A DNA stretch of 64,000 nt from the NCBI GenBank assembly GCA_002104905.1, contig MCFE01000162.1:62001-126000 (forward strand), written 5' to 3'. Both the position numbers and the translations under genes were made by a program. The notes beneath the pieces were generated by a model that was not told the DNA's origin, searched no databases, and saw nothing but the letters and a program-made list of their open reading frames with translations. Origin of the DNA: Basidiobolus meristosporus CBS 931.73. Lineage: Eukaryota > Fungi > Basidiobolomycota. The number at the start of each line of letters is the position of its first letter. The first letter of the stretch is position 1. Shown one piece after another: positions 1 to 12,445 of the stretch.

Positions 1-921
1 TGTTGTGCTTCAAAGACAGTATGGTGAATTTTTGTCAGGAAAGCTCCACCAAGATATGCCGGATTTCTTGTGGTCACAAGCAAACTTCTACACCATTCAA
101 TATGGGATTCACAAAAACAAAAGCCAGAGCACACCAATAAGGGGGGCTAGAGTCCAGAAGTGAGAAGGAATATATTGGCTAAATACCAAGAAGTTCCTTG
201 CAGATATTCAGGAGGTATTCATGGAAGAAGTGGCAACAACCAAGCATATGTTTGCAATATGTATATGTTCCCAGTAGTACAAGGTATATGGCAACTTTGC
301 AAGCACCACACTAAAAAGCTGTATAGTTAAGGTGATAGCAATATGTCAATTGCAGCAGATGTGTGTGTTTGTAGATGCTAATAAGCAGAAGGCCATAGTT
401 TTTTTTGATTTGAACTATTATGGAATACCCAAGATAGTGGTGGGTAAGCAAATAAAGAAAGGTGATTCTACTGTAGAATATATGAAGTGCACAAGGGGAG
501 GTAGAAGATGTAAATACCATTTGGTAAGTTGGTATTATAGCAGTATACAAAACCAGCAGTAGGTTGTCATACTGCCAATAAATTGCCATCAGAGTCTTGC
601 TGTGAGCCTGTCAAATATTGTCAAGTTTCTTGCCATATAAGGCAACTGAATGTCCTGGCCAACTGGATTTACTTAAAATAGTTATAGAGCGCTAAAGACC
701 GCAACAATACCATGCAAATATTGATACAGCACCAATAAAAATTGTCAAGTTTTATCCCTTTATTTGGCTGTAAAATTAGCAAAACACTGTCATGATTTTG
801 TTATCCAATTGTTGGGAGGGTCAATAATTCCAAGCTGCTGTTATTATTACCTTCTCTAAAAGGGATCTTGATTGCTGATCTGGACCAGATCTGCCTGCGG
901 GACCAAATTTTTTTCATAGGG
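1..921 (+). mobile_element. 3' arm of a CACTA/EnSpm-like transposon, 5'-truncated by the window edge, ending in TIR ...TTTTTTTCATAGGG
   Basis: Homologous by eye to 27000-28159, which follows the transposase C-terminus. Both end in GGACCAAAT..TTTTTCATAGGG (921 and 28159), the reverse complement of the left terminus CCCTATGA(A/G)AA at 8736 and 61069. Confidence 0.75.
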
Positions 922-944
922 AGAAACTGGTCAGCAAATCAAGA

Positions 945-1120
945 AAATATGCTCTGATAATGGTACAGAATATACCTCAAAACTCTTCACCCATTTCTGC
1001 AAAATATATGGGAGAAAGCAAGGGACTACTTCACCATACTCCTCACAGCAAAATGATATGAGAGAACATCCAAACAAAATTCTAATTGATATAGCAAGAC
1101 TTGTGATCCATGACACATGT
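945..1120 (+). pseudogene. Degenerate Ty1/copia integrase fragment (copia family B)
   Basis: Translates as GTEYTSKLFTHFCKIYG..Q.TTSPYSSQQND..E..NKILIDIAR, matching the copia rve core GGEY...F..FC...GI....T.PYSPQQNG.AER.NR. Similar to 8066-8210. Confidence 0.7.
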
Positions 1121-1149
1121 TTTCTTATGATTTTTTGTGCGCAAAGAGA

Positions 1150-3378
1150 CCCTGTGATTATAATATTAATGATCCCATCAAAGGGCCATCAAAAAGTTAA
1201 AGTCTCATGACTAAGCAATATTTGTCCCAACACTACACCATGCAGAGATTGTTGAAAAAAAAATTGCGCCCCAAATTTCACAAAACATTTGGTCACAACA
1301 CTACATTAGTGGCATTTGATTGGTCTTTTGCCAATTCTCTCACTTTCTGATCCCAGACACTCAATCACCTCCTACAATTGTGTACATTGATTGCAATTTC
1401 ATCTTTTTGACACTCCTTTCTTCCTGACTCAACCAATTATCTTCCTTTTAAAGCATACAAATTGATTTATTTTGGTTGAAACTTCACTAGTACCTCAATT
1501 GCCAATCCTATTGACCTATACAAGTCCTTATACCCGCAACTAACATTAAGCCCAACCCTACGCTCTACAAGTTACTCCATGTTTCTACTCTAATGCCCCT
1601 TTTCCCTAACTTTGGCAGTAACCCTGTTGCTTAATACAATTGTTCATTCACTGGTTCCCGTATGACCTGGTCTTCAGCTAGCACTGCAAGTTATAGCGCC
1701 TCATCTGTCAGTCTTTGTAATAAATCCTTTCATTATTCAAGTGTGTTTTCTTGAGCACTGCTCTTGAAGAAGAGCTGCAACCTCTTAGTGTGCCTATTAA
1801 TATTCTAAAATTTGACAGTAGGCATTGTGATAGTCTTTTGAGTTGTTAATTTTGTTGCTTTGTCTGTCAGAAGGATCCCTACTCTCTCTACAATGAAGGA
1901 TGTGGAGGCAGCAACAGACAGATTGCTTTACTCTATAAACTCATCTACATCAATAGAGTGTGGCTCAACTGGCTGTGCTTCCAACTCTTGACAAACAGCT
2001 TTTATCTTGTTGGTAATTCTTCTTGGCTATGATGGAATTCAGCCTGATTTGGGCTGAAGGCATTGACATGCTTCACTGCTGCTGACTTGGGTAGATATTT
2101 TTTGCTTTACCTTTACAGTTATTACTACCAATTCTTCCACTACTACTCTGACTGAGTGTCTCATGTACTCCACTCTTTTTTTCCTTATTGAATGCTGCAC
2201 TGGTGCATCTACTTTTGCCTGATTGTTGCTTACTGGCACTCTCAGTGTAGAGGGGTCACAGTGACACCCACTGGCTAATGTACTTATTCCCAAATTGGCT
2301 ACTTCCCTATTTTCCACTATCTATTATTTTAGTTTTATCCCACTTGTCTTACTTGATCAGTAGTATCTCATAAGCCAGCTGGCTATCACATCTAACATTC
2401 TTAGCTCATTCTGATCTCATTAAGATTTCTGTTAGACCTCTGTAATCTCCTGGAAGATCATGATTACTAATCACCTCGCCAGTTAGAAAGGTACATAAGG
2501 GGGGCAATCCTTCTACAATAAATCATCACTCCTTTTATTGACAAACTAACCTGTTGATTAGTGCAATCACAGTTACCTGCTGCTACCTCTACTCCAACCT
2601 TTGACCACAGGACACTCCCAGGAAACTGCACCAACAGCCAACTGATCTAGGAGGCATTACTTGTGGGGAATACTCCAAGTAGGTATCTTTTATTATATTT
2701 GATTCTTTCCCAAGTTTGCTCTTGTAAAGGCAAAGATTGTTTTTTGTCTTGGTAATTATTGACCACAGCTGCTTTCATGTCAAGTCCCTGCTGGAGGAGT
2801 TCACAGTGGTTTTGACTTTGAAAGCTTTAGTACATTGTCATCTCAAGGGATGCTGAACCCAGCACCTGTGTTTGTCAAGATTTCAGTAAGTTGGGGATTG
2901 TGGCTCAATAGTTTTCCCTTGACAAGCATATGGCTTTATTCCCCTTCACCTAAGAGTACAGACATAACCAAGTATTCCTTGCAAGCTTTTGCCAGAGTTC
3001 ATCAGACCTGGCAAGCCCCCCACATACAAAAAACTTGAGCAGCGTTGGACATACCTCTCCTTTGGATCAATACACCACAATACTGGCAACCTGAAGCTTT
3101 CTGCATCTGTTTGGAGCTATCAGTCCTACTTGTGTTATGCTCCTGAGGGAGCTGTGGGCTTTATCACCATCATGGCCTTCATTGCTATTGTGATTGAGTG
3201 CATCTTGTATTGAGCTATTTAATCTCAATGATAAATGCTGTACTGATGCATCTATTTCTGCCTGCTTGTCCCTTATTGGCACTCTCCTAGCTACTGGACA
3301 TTTCTTTGCCACTTGATTGGAGCTTTCATCCCTGCTTGTGACAAGCTTTTAAAGATGCTGCTTGTTTCTAGCTGTAGC
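1150..3378 (+). mobile_element. Decayed CACTA-like copy: left end plus ORF2 relic, interrupted by a solo LTR and truncated by the copia element
   Basis: 1150-2040 is collinear with 8736-9630. 2190-2245 and 3083-3378 encode the RDKQA.xDA..QH repeat of ORF2 on the minus strand. Left terminus is degenerate (CCCTGTGA). Confidence 0.7.
2246..3082. repeat. Solo LTR, family D, internally deleted relative to 24992-26062
   Basis: Starts TGTAGAGGGGTCACAGTGACACCC and ends CACCACAATA. Collinear with 24992-26062 apart from a ~230-bp deletion. Flanks on both sides are CACTA ORF2 sequence; TSD is degenerate (TCAG/CTGG). Confidence 0.65.
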
Positions 3379-3748
3379 TGTTGCAATTTAAGAAGTGATT
3401 TGGATATAAGGAACTTATCAAGAAATAGTGATAATAGTTGAGCTGTTGTTTATTCATAAAGAAGCTCAGTATTTATACATTTGTAGAAGTAATACAGCTG
3501 CAACACTAAGTAGGGAGGGTTTCTCAATATTCAGGAGCATTCTGTAACAGTTTCAGGGTTAGTACATAATGTTTGGTAATAGTGCTAATTTGATCCTGAC
3601 TATAGGGGAATAATCATAAGATCACATATCTGGAGAAAGTGGCAAACTTAAGGCAGTAAATGAGTCCTACAGTGACTATGACTAGCCTAGAAGTGTTAAG
3701 TAGATTTTTTAGCTGCTGAATGATACCAAATAGTCCAATATTTCAACA
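3379..3748 (-). repeat. 3' LTR of copia A
   Basis: TG...CA bounded 370-bp repeat of 7697-8065, adjacent to the PPT. Confidence 0.95.
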
Positions 3749-6700
3749 CTCCCCCTCAACTAAATAATTTCTTAATCCCAATTTCTCTCTAAGAATCTCA
3801 AACTGTGGCCTAGCTAGTGGTTTTGTCAATATGTCTGCCACCATTTTGTCAGTTGGGCAGTAAACCAGCTCCACTATGTTATTTTCTTCAGCTTCCCTCA
3901 CAAAGTGATGCTGTATATCAATGTGCATAGTTCTGGCATGATTAGTAGGAATTCTAGATAATGAAATACAACTTTGATTATCCTTGTAAATGCATGTTGG
4001 TTCACCTGAATTAAAACCTAAGTCTTTGAATAATTTTTGTAGCCATATAGCCTCCTTAGTTGCCTGACATGCAGCCATATATTTGGCTTCAGTTGTAGAT
4101 AGTGCCACAGTTGGTTGTTTCTTGCAATTCCAAGTAATAGCTGCACCAGCATAAAGAAATACATAGCCTGTGGTAGAGCATCCGTCAATCAAATCCATAC
4201 CCTAATCTGAATCACTAAAACCATCAAATTTTTGCATATTAGCTGCTCCAGAGTATTCCAGTACCATATTTATGGTACCTTGTGGATATCTGAAAATCCG
4301 CTTAACTGCTGCAATTTGATCTGATCCATAATCCTGCATGAATTGACTGACTATTCCAGCTGCTACTGCAATATCTGGACATGTAGACACCATCAAGTAC
4401 ATTAGGCTACCAACCATTGATTGATAGGGAAAGTTTTGGTCCATATTTGAGCCATTTTCATCTACAACTGGCTGAGATTTGCTTAATTTCAGGTTATTGT
4501 CCATAGGGGTTGCTGCAGGCTTGCAGTTTTCCATTTTGAGGCATCTACAAATGTCCCTGATGTACTTAGACTGATTCAGCACAATTTTCTGGGTAGGTAT
4601 GTCAAATTTGAACTCAATTCCAAGAAAATAGCTCAATTTTCCAAGATCTTTCATCTCAAACTTGCTGAAGTGATCTGAATTCGTCTGTTTAAGTGCCTCT
4701 TGATCACTTGTAGCTATAATTAGATCGTCCACATAAAGAACTAGGATGATCACACCCTTTTTGAGCTGTTTCACATATATACTGTGATCTGCAGTGCTAC
4801 AAGAGAACCCAATTTCCTCTAGATATGTGTCAATCTAGTTATACCATGCTCTGGGTGCCTGCTTAAGCCCATACAACAATTTTCTAAGCTTGCACACCTT
4901 ATGGGGGCTTTTTGGATTGGTAAAACCTTCTGGTTGCTCCATATATATAGTTTCTCGCAAATCCCCATTTAGAAAGGCTGTTTTGACGTCCATTTGGTGT
5001 AGATCTAGACTGTGTACAGCTGCCAGGGCTAGAACTGTCCTAATAGAGTTAAACTTGGCAACTGGAGCAAATGTTTCCTTAAAGTCTAGTCCCTGGATCT
5101 GGGAATAGCCTTTAGCTACCAATCTAGCCTTGTACTTATCAATGGCACCATTTGAGGTTATCGTGATCTTGTAGACCCATCTACATCCTATTGGCTTTCT
5201 CCCATTTGGTAAATCTACCAGTTCCCACATTTTTGCCTTGATCAGTGATTGGTACTCCTCCTGCATGGCTTGTTGCCACTTAGTAGCATCTGGACCTTGC
5301 ATTGCCTGTTCCAGATTCTGAGGTTTGGCACCTAAGGCAAGATAAGCTTCTTCATGATCATTGGATGTCTGCCACCAGGATCCAGGGGCATTTCTAATTC
5401 TGGTAGATCTCCTAACTGGGATAATCTGTTCTGATCTGGAACTGGTAGAAGTATCTTCCATCTCTGGCTGGATTTGGTACGTATCTTCTTCATTTGTGAT
5501 GATTGCATCATCAGGCAGCTGGCCAATGATTTCCGTGGCTTTCTGATCTGAAATCTCCTCAAATACAACGTCCCTGCTCTTGATCAGCTTCTGAATTTTG
5601 CCTTCATACACTCTATACCCTTTAGTATCTTCACAATACCCAAGAAAGATCCCTTTTCTACTCTTTGGTTCCAACTTTGAGCGTTTTTTGTCAGGGTTGT
5701 GATAAAAAACATCACTGCCAGAGATCCTGAGGTGCTGGAGATTTGGTTTTTTGCCTGTATATGCTTCAAAGGGTGTAGAATCACGTAGTGCTGTTGTTGG
5801 GCATCTGTTCTTGATGTATACAGCAGTAGCAACAGATTCAGCCCAAAACTTGTAGTCCATTCCCTTAACATGTAGCATAGATCTTCCCATCTCTACTATT
5901 GTTCTATTTGCACGTTCTGCTACTCTATTTTGCTGTTGAGTATGAGAAACTGTGGTCTGTTGAAGTATACCAGTAGACAAGCAGTATTTTGCAAACTCCT
6001 TTGAGCAGTATTCTCCTCCATTGTCACTTTGTAGTACCTTCAATTTACACCCAGTTTGTGTTTCTGCCATGTTCTTGAAGTGCTTAAACGTCTCTAAAGC
6101 TTCATCCTTTGTTATGAGGAAGTACACCCATGTATATCTTGTCTTGTCATCAATAAACGTCATCAAGTATCTCTTGGCTCCAAAGGACAGTGTTCTCATG
6201 GGGCCACATATGTCTGAGTGTACAATAGCCAATATTTTGGTGGTATTGATGCCTTCTGAGCTCTTGAAATGTTGCCTAGCTTGTTTGCCATATGAACATC
6301 CCTTACAAACATTCAATTTGATCACAATTGAGTGTTTTAGGCCCAAAACAAGCTGATTTTTCACCAATTGGCTCATTTTCTGTTCCCCTATGTGTCCTAG
6401 CCTCCTATGCCACGTCTCCCAGTTGGTTTCATCAGTTTTAGCAATGTTGACATACTCAGGTACAATGATCTTGCATTGTAACTTGTATATATTGTGATCT
6501 CTGATTCCCAAAGCTAATTTTTGTCCATTTTCACTCAATATTGAGCAGCTCAGCTTAGTAAAAATGAATTTCAGTCCCTGAGTAGTTGCTTTACTGGCTG
6601 AGAGTAGGTTCTTAGCTATTCCAGGTACATAGAGTATGTCAGTCAGTTTTGCTGTTGTTGCCCCTGAGTTATCACTCATATTTAGTTGTATAGACCCACT

Positions 6701-7660
6701 GGCGGTAGCTTCCAATGCAGAGCTATCACCCAGATAAACCTTTCTTACGGTAATAGTCTTTAAGTTGCTGAACCAATCCTTTATACCACAAATATGCTGT
6801 GATGCTCCAGAGTCAATATACTATTCATTACTTTGGTTACTTGCACTCTCTTGTACAGTGACAAATAACTGTTCATCAGTAGGTATATGGTTTGCCTGCT
6901 CTAGTTTCTTTTTTTTGTCTGCTTGTTTCTTCTTGCATTCTCTTGCCCAGTGTCCTGGCTTCTTACAGTAGTTACAGCAGCCAGGTTTTCTTCGGTTTTG
7001 TTGCTTTCCCTTCTTTTCTGTGTGCCTTTCTGAACTGAATAAAGCATTATCTTCAATTTTCTCTGCTTGATCATTACGTCTGAGTTCTTCATGGAGAAGT
7101 CTTCCTTTGACATAGTATAAAGTCAAGTTGTCTTCTCTGCTTTCAAAAGAAAGTATGAGTGGCTCATACTTGTCTGGTAGGCTGCAAAGCAGACAGAGTA
7201 TCTTTTCTTCATCATCTACACCAGCATTAAAACTGTAAAGTTCTTCTGCAAGTGTCTCCATTCTGGTAATGAGTTGTAGCATGCCATCATCTGGCTTTTT
7301 TCTCATGTTGAAGAACTTTTGTTTCAAATAAAGCTTGCTTGATACTGACTTTGCTCTAAAGATCTTCTCTAAGGATACCCATGCTGCTTTGGCAGTATTT
7401 GAGGCATGGATTTGTCCAATGAAGGAGTCTTGCACATTGATGCATATTGCATTGAAGGCCTTTCTCTCCTTCTCTTGAAACTTCTCCACATCTTCAGCTG
7501 TTCCTTTGGGCTCAACTTCCTTTCCTGTTACTATGTTCCAAAGCTTTCTTTCCTCAAGGTGGATCTGCATCTTGATTCTCCAAAGTCTGTAGTTCTTCCC
7601 ATCAAACCTCTCCTTTACAGGGAAGATGTTGGTATTGCTTTGTTTGCTGGTAGAAGTCAT
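3743..7660 (-). pseudogene. Copia gag-pol polyprotein (gag with CCHC knuckle, protease, GAG-pre-integrase, integrase, RT, RNase H), broken by stops and a frameshift
   Basis: FDGKNY..W and CNYCKKPGHWAREC (gag); IDSGASQH (protease, preceded by a TAG at the conserved Trp); WHRRLGH, VHSDICGP and SDNGGEY (integrase); YKARLVAKG, HQMDVKTAFLNG and LYVDD (RT); ALSTTEA and HIDIQHHF..ADILTK (RNase H). Confidence 0.95.
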
Positions 7661-7682
7661 CTTTAAAATAGATTAAGGCAAT

Positions 7683-7696
7683 CAGGGCTCATAGCC
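7683..7696 (-). other. Primer-binding site complementary to the anticodon arm of initiator tRNA-Met (half-tRNA priming)
   Basis: Minus strand GGCTATGAGCCCTG directly after the 5' LTR; 13/14 match to GGTTATGAGCCCTG, the complement of fungal tRNA-iMet CAGGGCUCAUAACC. There is no TGG start. Confidence 0.8.
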
Positions 7697-8065
7697 TGTT
7701 GCAATTTAAGAAGTGATTTGGATATAAGGAATTTATCAAGAAATAGTGATAATAGTTGAACTGTTGTTTATTCATAAAGAAGCTCAGATTTATACCTTTG
7801 TAGAAGTAATACAACTGCAACACTAAGTAGGGAGGGTTTCTCAATATTCAGGAGCATTCTGTAACAGTTTCAGGGTTAGTACATAATGTTTGGTAATAGT
7901 GCTAATTTGATCCTGACTATAGGGGAATAATCATAAGATCACATATCTGGAGAAAGTGGCAAAGTTAAGGCAGTAAATGAGTCCTACAGTGACTAAGACT
8001 AGCCTAGAATTGTTAAGTAAATTTTTTAGCTGCTGAATGATACCAAATAGTCCAATATTTCAACA
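7697..8065 (-). repeat. 5' LTR of copia A
   Basis: 369-bp TG...CA repeat of 3379-3748. Confidence 0.95.
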
Positions 8066-8735
8066 GAATATACCTCAGGGCTCTTTATCCAATTCTGCAA
8101 AATTCATGGGATAAAGCACAAGACTACTGTACCTTACTCTCCACAGCAATCTAGAGTAGCAGATATTGCCAACAGATCAATGATTGAAAGGGCAAGATCT
8201 ATGTTCCATGATCTAAGTTATCATATGATTTTGAGGTGAAATTGGCTGCCACAGCTGTATACCCTTAATATAGGGGCTACAACAGAACACTTTGCAATTC
8301 TACACAGTTTGAAGCCTGTTGTAGATACAAATCTGATGCAGAACATCTCAGAATATTTGGGTGTAAAGAATATGCCAAGAAACTGCCCTCAAAGCAGTCA
8401 AAATTTGAGCCAAAAAGTGTAAAGTGCATATGTTTGGGCTACTGCAATCAGAGTTTGGCATACAGTCTCTGCATTACCCAAGCCACAAAGATGATTGAGT
8501 CCAGGGATGTGTTGTTTGTTGAAAATTTAAAATCTTCACATAATATGGCATCAGATGGTGGCAAAAATCGAATCTCAAGTCACCAATAGTTAGGATGGAA
8601 TCAGAGCCAACCAATGAGAATTTTTTACTCCTGAGGACTCTATAACAATGGTTCAGCCTCAATCAGGTCTCAGGAGTATTCCAGAAGTGCTCATTCTAGT
8701 ATGAACTGCCAGGAGATTCAACTGGACATGAAATA
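8066..8735 (+). pseudogene. Degenerate copia family B integrase and linker
   Basis: EYTS..F.QFC..HGI.QQ.TVPYSPQQ..VA..ANRSMIERARSM, AATAVY, HLRIFGC and SRDVLF.E motifs with frameshifts. Collinear with 28160-29000. Confidence 0.8.
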
Positions 8736-11700
8736 CCCTATGAGAAGTTATTGTATTGATACTGTCAAAAGGCCATCACAAAGTTAAAGTCTGGTGACTT
8801 AGAGGTACTGATCCTGTCAGGACACCATCCAGAGATTGTTGAAAAATAATTGCACCCCACATTTCACAAAAAATTGGTCAAAATATTTCATCTCAATGGT
8901 GAATAAGTGGCTTTTGACTGGTTCCCTGCCAGTGTGCTCACTTTCTGATCCTGGACACTCTATCACCTTGTACATTTGTGTGCATTGATTGGCTATGGCC
9001 TTTTTATCATACTCCTTACTTCCTGACTCAACTATTCCTCTTACTTTTTATGCATATGAATTGATTTATTTCCATTGAAACTTCAGTTGTACCTCAATTG
9101 CCAATTGTATTGACCTATAAAAGTCCCTATACCCTACACTAACATTGAGCACAACCCCACACTCAACAAGAAACTCCATTAAAATCTGCCACTCAACAAG
9201 TATTTTGTTGTAATGCTCTGGTTCCACCACTTTGCCAGCAGCCCAACAGCTTTATGCTACTGTTCACTCACTAGAAATCCTTGCAATGTTCCAGTGAGTT
9301 TTCTTGAGCACTGCACTTGAAGAAGTGCTGCAACCTCTTGGTGTGCTTATCAATGTTCCAAATTCCACTAAGGCCTTGAGATAGTTTTTAAGCTGTTGAA
9401 GTTGTAGCCTTGTCTGTCAGTGGGATCTCCACTCTGTCAATAAAGGATCATCAGGAGGCTGTGGAAGACAAATTGCCTTTTTCAGAAAACTCATATACCT
9501 TGCTTGAGTGTAGCCAAACTTGCTGAGCTTCCAACTCTTGTAAAAATAGCTGTTTTCTTGCTGGCAATTCTTCTTTGCCATGATGGGATTCAGTCTGTTC
9601 TAGGCATGCAGCATTAACTGGCAAGAACCGCATTTTTTTTGCAGTCCTCTCTGCCTCAGGCTTGGTTAGACATTCCTCCCTTTACCTTTTCCTTTGTTAC
9701 TGCCAGGTCTTTCACAGCTACTTTGTTGGAATGCTTATTGTAAGGAACTACATATTCTCCACAATAAATTCTGCTCTGACACATCTGTTTTGACCTGCTT
9801 GTCCCTTGCTGGCACTTTTCTGGCAACCTTACATTTCTTTTCTGATTGTTTCAAGTTCTCAATTGTAGTTGTGAAGGGATCCTGTAAAAGCCACAGACTT
9901 ATATCACTGCCTGTTCCTTCATTGCCACTTTGACTTAGTGCTGCTTGAGTGGCACTACATTTTTCCTTGATAAATGCTGTGCAGGTGCATCTGTGTCTGC
10001 CTGCTTGTCCCTATTTGGCACTCATCCAGCTATCTGACATCACTTTGACGCTTGTCTGGAGCTTTTGGCCATGATTGGAATGAGCTCTTGAGGAAGCTGC
10101 TGATTTTTAGCCATGGCAACCTTGCTCTTCTGCCATTGATAGTTCCTGCTATTCTTAAGATACTTTCTTAGCATACCAATACTGGCCCAAAATCCATTTG
10201 CCCATTTGACCTCAGGATAAAGCTCACAGAACAAGTCAAGCACATTCTGCTAAGCCTTGAGCTCCTGATAAGGTGACGGCATGCTAGACTTCTGACAGCC
10301 TCTTGAATATTTGCCCACTCTTCATTATTGCACACAACAGCTTCACAGATCTTCAATATCTTTTGATTTTTAGGTTTTGGTATGAACACCGCATTGTCTC
10401 CCTTCCACACCATGATAGATTTTTCTTTGGGCTTTATCTTTGGGCACTGTTATTGTGCTTCCCAGACTGTATGGTGTTTCTCTGTTATTACATTGGTAAA
10501 TGGCTGAATTCTTGGCTGTGACATTGAGCTACTTGAGTTCTTTCTTTGCAGCAAAGATACTGCTTTCTCTACCGGTATTTTTGATTGCTCTACACATATT
10601 ATCCACTCATCCTGTTTCTGGACTATTTCCTGATTTCTCTGCACCTAATTGCTTCATTAATGCTTTGGTATGAGCTGACAACATAATTTCAAGTATGGGT
10701 GGTGGTGATGCTATGATGGCCACTAGCTGGTCTTCTACTGAGGGTACTGTGTTTGCTACATTCTTGACTGCCTGTGCATAACAGACAGCTTGTGGCTCTG
10801 CAGAGGCTCTTAATTGCCTACTTGACTGAGAGCCTGAGGAGTCAGCATTATTACCTTCTGTGGGCACAGTGCTAACATGGCCTTTTTTGGATGTAGCCCC
10901 ACTTGTTGCATTGAATGTCAAAGTAAGTTGTTGTCTAACCATTCTTCTGTTGCAGTCAGTGGTGGGGTTTGGTTGGGAACTAGACAACTTTGCTTTCTTC
11001 TTTGGCAGCATATATATGGAAGTGAGTCAAACCAAAGGGGAAATAGTGTTACATATGCATGTGTATGTGGTGCCACAACTTTATTTATAATGATTACTAT
11101 GGCAGGTCATAATTGCATCTTGCATTCATATAGGTACAATGTCTGAAATACAAGACTGTCATAAGTTTATATATGTGTTGACCAAAAAGTGATACAATGA
11201 CATTACATTGTTGAAGGTCAAACTGTTTGCCTCATGGACAAGACTACTTTGACTCAACACCATAAGAGAAGAGAAAAAAGACCACATGGCTATTGTAGCA
11301 AGCTGCTCAGCCATGAAGAATGCAGACAACATAGGAAGTATTAAAAGGATCATGGTCAGTGTTCTGAAACACAAGTCATATTTGACCATTCATTGGTCAC
11401 TACTGTACCAACATTTTCTTGCCGGCCAGTTGATACTTCTATATCAGCACCAGGCCATCATTTTACCATGCGCAAACTGAGGCAGGAGGGTTTGTGATAC
11501 CTTTAGGATCACCTCAGTCTTCTGAATATGGCATACAGAGTGATAGCTCTGACAAAGAAGGCTCACTGATGGATTGTGAGCCTATCTCCCCCAACAACAG
11601 TACCACTTATAAGCCCAGTCAAATCCCAATATGCAATGAGACAACACCCATTGAAACAAATGCCAAGGACACTTTATAAAGCCAAGTGAGCCTAGTAATC

Positions 11701-12445
11701 CATCTACTGATGAATGATGTAATGTTGTGGCTTGAGAAGTGGTGCATTTCCACTAATAACAGTAATGGGGGCTTTGAGGATTTATTACTACTTCTTGCCA
11801 ATATTACTCCGGGATGCTGCTAACCATGTATATGGTACAAGTGGACTAGTGTCATGCAGCTGGCAACATAATATCCAGAAACTGTCCTGATTCCAGCATG
11901 TGTTAACAGGTACATGGCATTCACATCCAAAAATGCTACCATTGCAACATGTCCAAATTGCCTGGAATCCACCACCATTGTGGGAAAATACTGTTCACAC
12001 TCCAGATATATTCCAGTAATACCCCATTTCAGGAAGCTGATGCAGTCCAACAAGTATTGCATAGCTATACACTGCTGCATGCAGAACCAATGAAGTGCAT
12101 ACATATCCAATATATTTGATGGCAAACATTACAAACAGCTACAAAGCAAGGGCTACTTTGAAGGTATGTATGTGTTATGATCTACCACTTGAATGTTTAA
12201 GTTAGATCAGTTTTTAGTTAAATCCATTAGTTTTATGTTTAGCCTATCAGTAAATCAGTGTTATCTATCAAATCAGTAGTATTAGTCAGCAGATGAATTA
12301 GCAGATCCTTATAGGACAGAAATAGTTGTATTAAGTAGGATCTAATAGGGTGATGATGATGCAATCAAATGAGTCATCACCCTAACATTGGTAGCAGCGA
12401 TAACCAGAAGCCTCCCTCCTGAAGAAAGAAGAAACCACCCTCAAG

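Larger units (their letters stand above)
3379..8065 (-). mobile_element. Ty1/copia LTR retrotransposon (family A), full length with a few disabling mutations
   Basis: Direct-repeat LTRs at 3379-3748 and 7697-8065 (TGTTG...CAACA, 9 differences counted in ~370 bp). Domain order gag-PR-IN-RT-RH. PPT AGTTGAGGGGGAG at 3749-3761 and PBS at 7683-7696, both on the minus strand. Confidence 0.97.

Noticed and set aside
6818-6826. Programmed stop-codon readthrough between copia gag and pol
   Set aside because: The TAG sits at the conserved Trp of the W.IDSGA protease motif (TGG>TAG), and the element has other lesions, so it is an ordinary mutation.
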